DNA from: Phaeosaccion multiseriatum
Taxonomy: Eukaryota > Protista > Ochrophyta, other classes
Direction of reading: 5' to 3'
Assembly (NCBI GenBank): GCA_965112735.1
Contig: OZ218952.1
Location: 4,898,001 to 4,962,000, forward strand
DNA: 64,000 nt
The notes under the pieces were generated by a model. The model saw nothing but the letters and a program-made list of their open reading frames with translations. It did no database searches and was not told where the DNA came from. This document shows, one piece after another, positions 46,752 through 54,523 of the stretch. Made by a program: the position numbers and the translations under genes. Positions within the stretch are counted from its first letter, which is position 1; each line of letters starts with the position of its first letter.

Positions 46752-48004
46752 ATGGTAGAGAGAATGGCCGCTCCCCTAGCAAAAGTACGACTTCTAACAC
46801 TCTCCTGTAGCGTCCACGGAATGCTGAAAATGGCGCTGGTGGAGCCTTCCACATGCTCGCCATCTTTCTTCTTCCTGCTGTTTGGGCAGTCTGCACGCTG
46901 GTGCCCCGGCTTGTGGCAGTTGAAACACAGCTCCTCCTTGGACGGACACGTCGTCCGCATGTGTCCCTTTCTCCCACACCTGTAACAGCGTGTGTTGGAC
47001 CGATCTTTCTCTCCTGCCCCTGTGGTGGTCTGTCTACCCCCCCCTGCTGGTTGCTGTGTCTTCTGCCTTTGCTGGTAAATGTGGAAAAGGCCCCGCTCAA
47101 GGTCCTCTCCCGCCTCCCTCGCTTGCGCTTGGAGGTCACTGTCAAACCGCTGCACTTGCTGTTTGAACCGATTAAACTCGTCCTCTGTCTCTACCGAATG
47201 ACCGTGCACTTGGCCGAACGACTCCCATCTCTGCCCCATACGCCTGAGGAACTTGTCCTTGATGATGGAGTAGGACATAGGAAGCTGCTCCTCCGTCATC
47301 AACACGTTGAGTTGGAGAAACTTGTTGAGGTAGGCAAGTCCCGTCTCCCCCACCCCTGGCCTCAGATCGTGCATCTCGGAGGTGAGAAACTCTTGTCGCT
47401 GTGACTGCGTGCTCCCCATCACTGCCTCCTTGATTGCCTGCATCAATAGTACCAGGTCCACTTGGAACCGCGCTGTGCGAGTGCGTTCTTCTATGGCATC
47501 CCTCATGTCCGAGGGAATGGCCTCCAAAATCTTGAGGCCCGTCTGTTGGTACAGACTGAACGTCAGGGCATACTTAGAGTCCCGGGAGGCGTCGTCTGCG
47601 TTGGGGATCTTATCACTATCCACCAAGAATGCCTTTGCCCCCATCCCCCCTATGTGATCCGTGACCGCTCGCATAAATCGCAAGAGAGGCATCACTCCCT
47701 CCGATTCCAACTTCTTGTCAAACTCATTGTTCTTCGGCTTGAACGTGAGTTCTAGCAGCTGCTGTGCTGTACTCCCCCCCCCGCTGGGGGTCACTGTTCC
47801 TCCGACTGAGGAGATAGTGACTGGTGCTGCGGCCGCTGCCGTGGGCACTCCTTGCTGTGTGATGTGTTTGGCCAACGCTGCCGCTATCATCTTTTCCATC
47901 ATTTCAGCCATCTGCTGCTGTGCGTCTCCTTCTATCGCGGAACTCGCACTGACGGGCGCCGCTGCGTCCGCCTTTTCAACGCCTTCTTCTTCCGCGCCTG
48001 GCAT
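46739..48004 (-). CDS. Copia Gag (ORF1) with two CCHC knuckles
   Basis: CYRCGRKGHMRTTC and CFNCHKPGHQRADC, directly downstream of the 5' LTR. Confidence 0.9.
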   Translation of the reverse strand: MPGAEEEGVEKADAAAPVSASSAIEGDAQQQMAEMMEKMIAAALAKHITQQGVPTAAAAAPVTISSVGGTVTPSGGGSTAQQLLELTFKPKNNEFDKKLESEGVMPLLRFMRAVTDHIGGMGAKAFLVDSDKIPNADDASRDSKYALTFSLYQQTGLKILEAIPSDMRDAIEERTRTARFQVDLVLLMQAIKEAVMGSTQSQRQEFLTSEMHDLRPGVGETGLAYLNKFLQLNVLMTEEQLPMSYSIIKDKFLRRMGQRWESFGQVHGHSVETEDEFNRFKQQVQRFDSDLQAQAREAGEDLERGLFHIYQQRQKTQQPAGGGRQTTTGAGEKDRSNTRCYRCGRKGHMRTTCPSKEELCFNCHKPGHQRADCPNSRKKKDGEHVEGSTSAIFSIPWTLQESVRSRTFARGAAILSTICPS

Positions 48005-48123
48005 GGCTAACGAAAGGACTCCTTCTCTCTCACTTGAGTTATCCGACCAAAACTCGCCTGTGTGCCGTCGCCGACTACGTAGAACCAGCTAGCTGTGAAG
48101 TGTCGCGACAGCGACAGCTGTCG

Positions 48124-48309
48124 TGTTGCGATATCTCCTCTACGATGACAGGGACAAGCTAGAGTAGTGTCAACTCGTGTATTAATAATACCTACTGAGA
48201 GATGCGTTCAAGGAAGTGATGGCCGTGGCCATACATGAATATCGATATCCACATCGATATTGTACGTCGATATAGTGCTCAGTCACAAATGGCGATACTT
48301 ATCACAACA
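48124..48309 (-). repeat. Copia 5' LTR
   Basis: Identical to 42826-43011. Confidence 0.97.
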
Positions 48310-48440
48310 GTGTCACCAACACGGGGGACGGGGGCGGGAAGACTTCCGTCTTCCTTTTCCCAAACGTTTAAACCTTTTTCCCGCTCCGTACGTTTGTGCC
48401 CTGATGTCCGTCCTGAGTCCCCACCGAGCAATAGGTGCGG

Positions 48441-51400
48441 AAAGAAAAGAAGAGTTCCGGCACGCAACACCGTGGAGACTGTCGGCACGCAACACCAGAC
48501 ACAGTCTCCCTAGCTCTTCCTCCCTCTTCCACGAGGATCCCGGCTCGCAACACCAGGCGGATCCCCTTGGCCAACACAAGCGCTTTGTCCGGGCCCAGGA
48601 CAAGAGGCTCGCTTTCCACCACACCAGTATCTACTCTCCTCCTTGACAGTGTGTTCCACTCTTCCTGGGCTCTGTCTCCGCCGCCTCAGTAAGTGACAGC
48701 ACACGCCAAGGTCTCTCCTCTTCTGAAAAATCTAAATTCCCTGCTTCACTGACATACTGTACATCTCCCCAGAGGGGACCCCCCCCTTGGGGCGGTACCA
48801 AGCACCTACGCTGACGCTTCGCCCTGCTGGCTCCCATGTCTCCCACCTCGTCCTCGTCTCTGTTCCGCGAGAAACAAAGTTCCGTTGCTGCGCTGCTGAA
48901 CAGGCTTTCGCGCGGTCGCGGCGCTCGGGCGAAGGTGGGAAGCCAGTGAGAGGCCTCCTCCCTTCAGTCGTAGGCGAGGGCCCGGGAGATGTCCGACTCC
49001 CGCTCCAAGGCGTCGCGGTATGCATGCTGAGGACTATCCACATCCACGCCGTGTTCGAGGCCAAGAGGAATAGGGCTGGACTCCCAAGTGCCCACCTGCT
49101 CCGCAGGTGGAGAGGTCGTGGACCAGGGGTAGCTAACGTTGGGGGAAGGACTCATCATTAGTAGGGGGGGGCAGTCCCGTGAGGGAGTCCCACCTCGGGA
49201 GCGCAGAGCGCCTCCAAGGGGGCCGCCTCCATGGAGGGAGGCGGGCACCGGGTTTCGGATGTAGTGGAGCTTGGGGTGCCACCGCAGTGAGCACCCCAAG
49301 TCCCGCTTCACCCCCACCCATCCGAGTACCCACCGGTGCGCTGCGAGGGTGCAGCAGCACCTGCCCCAGCCTAGTCGAGAGCCCACTCTCCCGATCGTAG
49401 TCGGCCGGTACACAAAACACAAAGATACACAAACATTCATACGCACACAGACATAATAATACACATACAGGGGCACCAGTAGACACAGACGCACACCAGT
49501 ACACACACACATACAAACACCCGCCGCGTGTACCGGTGTAGGGCTGCTGGTGCTGTTGCCAAGGGCTGCGCTCCCCGCTGCTGGGGGAGGAATGATGGCG
49601 AGGGAGGAGCCGCTGGTGTCGCCACGGGCAGAGTCAGTGTCCTTTGAAGAGGTCCCTTCGCACGTCCCCTGCTGACCATCACACACCCCCCACTCGCTTG
49701 GGATGGTGTGCTGGGGGGAGGCGAGCCACTGAGCGAAATACACTGCGCAGTCCTCTGGCACGGCTGGTGGAAGCAGCAAAGCGCGCCCAAACCAGCAAAT
49801 TCGGATTCTTTCCGGAATCACAGATCCAGAAGTGTCCATATATCCAACCCCTGTAGAAAAGCCGAAAATGCCCTCACAGAAGCGCTCATGTTTCCGCTCC
49901 AAGCTCTTTGAACATCAACTCGTAGAAGTTACCCTTCTGCACACGCCGTACCAAGACCACTCCGCTGCGATTCCAACCGTCCGCCGCGGACTTCCGCTGT
50001 ACCAGCTGAGCAATACAACGAATGCAAAACACCTCGGTGCTGCGGGCCCGAAAAATGAACAAGTCCAATATCTCAAGCGCGGCGGCATCAATCCCTCGAC
50101 CACCGAGCACGATAGCAAGAGGGTAGTCCATCCATACTACTGCAAGTGAGTCGTGCAAGCAGAGCGAGCCACAAGCCCTGTTCTCTCCCATCCTCCATGT
50201 TCACACCGCTCACGAGCCCCAACGCCGAAAAATCCATCACCTTCTCTTCTGCATCACAGGCAGGCCCCGACTTCCACTCCATAGCTGTGGTGAACGACCA
50301 AACGTCATGCTTCCGCCGTCCATTACAGATAAGTAGCCAGATTGCTCAATGCCCCAATTTCCTTCAGCACCGGACGACGTACATCGCCGTACACTCCGTA
50401 GACGGTCACCAAACGCTGCCGTACCTCCCGAAATGCGAGTACCGTGCACTCCCAATGCCGCCTTCCAATTCCCAATTCTCCCTCGTATGCTGTGCCTCTC
50501 TTGTCGCCCATCGGTTCGCTGTTATGGCCACAGGTCCCATATCCGCTCCACACGCAAACTAGAGGCGCCAACCACCATCAAAGGGCTCTCCGGTTCCTTC
50601 CAACAGCCCGAATAGCTGCCTTCGCATCCATGCTGCCACCTTTGACGCTCGTACTAACTGCCTGGCGGTTGCTGTTTGTCCTGAGAGCTGAGCCTCCATC
50701 GGACCCCCCCCCTCCCCCTCCCATGCGTTCGAGATGGTGAGGGAGGTACAGCTGTAGTCCGTCTCCTTCCCTTCGCCGCTCCTCGGCCCGATATGTCTCT
50801 CGGATGTAGCTGCCGGAGGTGAGCCGTGCGAGCTCCCGTATCGAAGGTCAGCTACGCCCCCACCCATCCAGAGAGACTGCAGGCAAGCCCAGTGGCGACC
50901 ACGTACGCCTCCTTCTGGCCATACTGCTGTTGTAGGTGGGAGACACTCCAACAACAAGGGAGGTACACTTAAACACGCAGACGTACACAAACATTCACAG
51001 GCACACAGACATAGACAAAGGCACAATACAGGGACACCAGGACCCACAAACGCACACTAGCACACACAGACGCAGACCAGCACACACAGATACAAACACA
51101 CATCGTGTGTAGGGGCAGTGACCACGGCTGCTGTTGCCTGGGACTGCCCCGCCCCCCGCTGAGGGCCGGAATGGCGAGGGATGAGCCGCTGTTGTCACCG
51201 CGCGCAGAGCCAGCCTCCTTTGTGGAGGAGGCCCTTATTCGCACGCCAAACACAGGAAATACGCACCCTACACACAGAAACACCGTCTGGACATACACAC
51301 ACAAACATACAGACAGACACCTGGAAGAGCTAAGGGGCCTGCCGTCACCCGGGAGCCCCTTTCGCCTCGCAAAAAGACAAAAAATGCCGTGGACCACCCC

Positions 51401-52078
51401 CCCCAAACCTTGGGCCACGGGAGAGAGGAGAGGGCGGAGAGATGAGTAGGGCGTCGGCCTCAACACCGGACGCGGATCCTACGGCGATACCAGCAAGGAA
51501 GAAAGGGCGCAGAGGGCAAAAGGCGCCGGCACGCAACACCGTGGAGGCGGTCGGCACGCAACACCAGACACCGCTTGTCCCAAGCCATAGAGCCCCGCAA
51601 CACCGGCAAAGGAAAGAAAAGAAGAGTTCCGGCACGCAACACCGTGGAGACTGTCGGCACGCAACACCAGACACAGTCTCCCTAGCTCTTCCTCCCTCTT
51701 CCACGAGGATCCCGGCTCGCAACACCAGGCGGATCCCCTTGGCCAACACAAGCGCTTTGTCCGGGCCCAGGACAAGAGGCTCGCTTTCCACCACACCAGT
51801 ATCTACTCTCCTCCTTGACAGTGTGTTCCACTCTTCCTGGGCTCTGTCTCCGCCGCCTCAGTAAGTGACAGCACACGCCAAGGTCTCTCCTCTTCTGAAA
51901 AATCTAAATTCCCTGCTTCACTGACATACTGTACATCTCCCCAGAGGGGACCCCCCCCTTGGGGCGGTACCAAGCACCTACGCTGACGCTTCGCCCTGCT
52001 GGCTCCCATGTCTCCCACCTCGTCCTCGTCTCTGTTCCGCGAGAAACAAAGTTCCGTTGCTGCGCTGCTGAACAGGCT
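48441..52078. mobile_element. Unclassified 3.6-kb insertion with 466-bp terminal direct repeats (48441-48906, 51613-52078) flanked by a 232-bp duplication
   Basis: Repeats appear identical at offset 3172. Flank 42720-42825 plus 48315-48440 equals 52079-52310. No recognisable enzyme ORF inside. Confidence 0.75.
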
Positions 52079-52337
52079 GGCCACCGGCTCTACCTACCTT
52101 CTTTTGCGAAGAGACATCAAAAAATAAAGAACGTGAAAGAAACGGACAGAAACAACGGATCGAAACGGCTGTATTGGCTGTGTCACCAACACGGGGGACG
52201 GGGGCGGGAAGACTTCCGTCTTCCTTTTCCCAAACGTTTAAACCTTTTTCCCGCTCCGTACGTTTGTGCCCTGATGTCCGTCCTGAGTCCCCACCGAGCA
52301 ATAGGTGCGGCCAATCTATCTCCTCTCCTCTAGGAAC

Positions 52338-52910
52338 ATGGATGCTGAAGCTGGAGAAAGAACTTGCCGCGTGAGCAGCAGCAGCAGTAGCAGCAGCAGC
52401 GGCGGCGGCGGCAAGAAGCACAGCAGGAAGCGTGCCCTAATTGTCCGAAAGCGTGGCCTGCCGTCGTCGAGGCGGCGTACCATCACCACCACCATCGCCG
52501 GCATTGGGGGGCAGCCGCCACAGCTTCGCCGCCTCTCCTTGGACCTGTCCGTCATCGACAAAACGCAGCAGCCGCTTGGAGGCCCACAGCCTCCTCAGTG
52601 TAGGCCGAGACGCGTTCGTGCCAACTCTGTGCCTGTGGCCGTCTTGGCAACAAGTGGATCCGCTCTCCTTCAGTTTGACGAACTGCCCTTACTTGAAGAG
52701 CAGCTGAAGCGGGATGCGAAGGAAGGGAGGCGGGTGAAGGGGGATAATCAGCTGGGCGACAAGCAGGAGGAGCCCTTTCCCGCCTCCCTCGTGTACCCAA
52801 TAATGGCGCCATGCAGTAGTGGGCCACGGACGGAATCTCCAAGACGCTGTGGGGGGACTGAAGATGACGATGGGGAGCGTCCCAACAGAGCCAACAGTGC
52901 GTTCTTCTGA
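52338..52910 (+). CDS. Orphan low-complexity protein, copy 2
   Basis: Frame-conserved paralog of 34533-35147 (LSLDLSVIDKTQQPLGGPQPPQCRPRRVR shared). Confidence 0.55.
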   Translation: MDAEAGERTCRVSSSSSSSSSGGGGKKHSRKRALIVRKRGLPSSRRRTITTTIAGIGGQPPQLRRLSLDLSVIDKTQQPLGGPQPPQCRPRRVRANSVPVAVLATSGSALLQFDELPLLEEQLKRDAKEGRRVKGDNQLGDKQEEPFPASLVYPIMAPCSSGPRTESPRRCGGTEDDDGERPNRANSAFF

Positions 52911-53545
52911 AGCAGCGCACCGTACCATCCCTCCCCAGGCCCTGCAACAAGTAATGGATTGTAGCCCGGGAAGAGAATGTAGGCCAAGTGGACAACGGCA
53001 AGGCGAAGATGGCACCAAGCCGCGTCCAGAATGACAAGACAGAGAGAGCGCCGGGTGAGGAGCTGAGCAGCTGGCGCGTCACCTGTAAGCACTCACTCAC
53101 GTATTGTACAGGGGGTTGGGTAGGGATGTATTCGATGATTCAGATAGAGGAAGCGGGAGGGGAAGAACGCGCCACCGCATTTCGGGAGGCAGAAGCAACT
53201 GCAGTACCACCAGAGCGGCAGACTCTTCCTTTGGGGGCGGGGGGGTTATGTAATGAAGTATGTATGGGCTGCCAAGTTTTATTTTACAATGGCGTGTATG
53301 TTGGACGGAAGTCAAAAGGCGAAATCAATTGGGCAATGGAAGAGGCAAGGCAGCGGTGCGGCAGCAGCAGCAGCAGCAGCAGCAGCTGCAGGAGAAGGAG
53401 GACGAGCTCCATCACCAGCCAGCATCAGCGCCAACAGCGGCAGCAGTTGGTGATACAGCAACAGCCCGCTGACGATGAGACATACTGCAGTGGAACTTTA
53501 GACTCTCCAAGAAGTCGCTCTTCAAGTTTCGTGGCTATATCGTGA

Positions 53546-53778
53546 TCGACCCCTGACACACTATCCGCTATCCGCTATCGCCGGCGCCAGCCGGCGCGCT
53601 ATCCGCTATCGGCAGCGTCAGCCGGCTTTGGGGGGGGGGGGGGGGGTTGTTGGGGCGTGCTATCCGCCAGCCGGCGCGCTATCCGCTATCGGCCGGCGCC
53701 AGCCGGCACGCTATCCGCTATCGGCCGCGGCCGATAGCGCGCTATCGAGAATGTGGGCGATAGTGTGTCAGGGGTCGA
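53546..53778. mobile_element. MITE-2: 20-bp TIRs (TCGACCCCTGACACACTATC), 6-bp TSD TCGTGA
   Basis: Perfect inverted ends 53546-53565 and 53759-53778; TCGTGA at 53540-53545 and 53779-53784; internal CGCTATC and GCCGGCGCCAGCCGGC repeats. Confidence 0.85.
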
Positions 53779-54523
53779 TCGTGACTGACTCACTCTCACC
53801 GCGGCAGAGGGCCCCTCAGCGGCGATGGGGCCCTAGTCCCGACGTGCAGCACCGGCAAGCAACAGCAGACAGGCAGCAGGCAGAGCCAGGGTGGCTGCTG
53901 GACGAGTGAGCTTGTGGCGTCCTCGTCCTTTTTTTATGTTATATTTTTTCCATTCGTGTGTTGAGGTAGCTAAGGGGCTCTTTTTGTCTCTTTCTGTCTG
54001 CGCCTGCTGGAATCGAGAGGGAGGGCCGCAGGTAGGAGCTCTTGCTGTAAGTAGCGCACCTAGGACATACATCAATGGCCCCAACGTGTAGGCAACATCG
54101 ATGCAAGCAGGTGCAGCTAATGGCACTCGATATTTTCCCGCTCCCTGGTCTGTTCGCACGCAGCCAAAACTCTCACTACCGAGCTTCTACGCCCAAGACT
54201 GCGATTGTGATTTTCCCTTCCCTCTTCCATCATGAAAATAGAAATAGTTGTAGAGAGAGGAGGGGGAACAACGAGAAGAGAAGTTGAAGAGAGAATAATT
54301 TGAACTTCGAAATTCGAAGAGAGGATGGCACCAGACGGTGAAAGGGGGTGTCAATCGATGGCGACAGCCTCCTCACCGTGAGAGAGGCGGGACTTTATTC
54401 AGGAAAGCATGACCCCCAAAGGTCGAGCAGCTGCAGGAGGCAGTCAAAAGAACGAAGGGAGGGAGTGGAGAGCTTTCTGTATCGAGTAGGGCTCAGAAGA
54501 GGAGGGGTAGGGGGGCAGGGGGG

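Larger units (their letters stand above)
42826..48309 (-). mobile_element. Full-length Ty1/copia LTR retrotransposon
   Basis: Identical 186-bp TGTTG..CAACA LTRs; GTGTC TSD at 42821-42825 and 48310-48314; empty site at 52180-52184; domain order Gag-PR-IN-RT-RH; short purine tract AGGAGGG before the 3' LTR. Confidence 0.97.

Noticed and set aside
48441-48906. Retrozyme or hammerhead ribozyme in the 466-bp repeat
   Set aside because: No CTGANGA..GAAA core found by eye on either strand.
48964-50740. Transposase, tyrosine recombinase or RT inside the unclassified element
   Set aside because: Short interrupted ORFs without recognisable catalytic motifs.
52988-53545. 185-aa ORF downstream of orphan copy 2
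   Set aside because: No motif, non-ATG start and not retained in the duplicate; might be an exon but unsupported.
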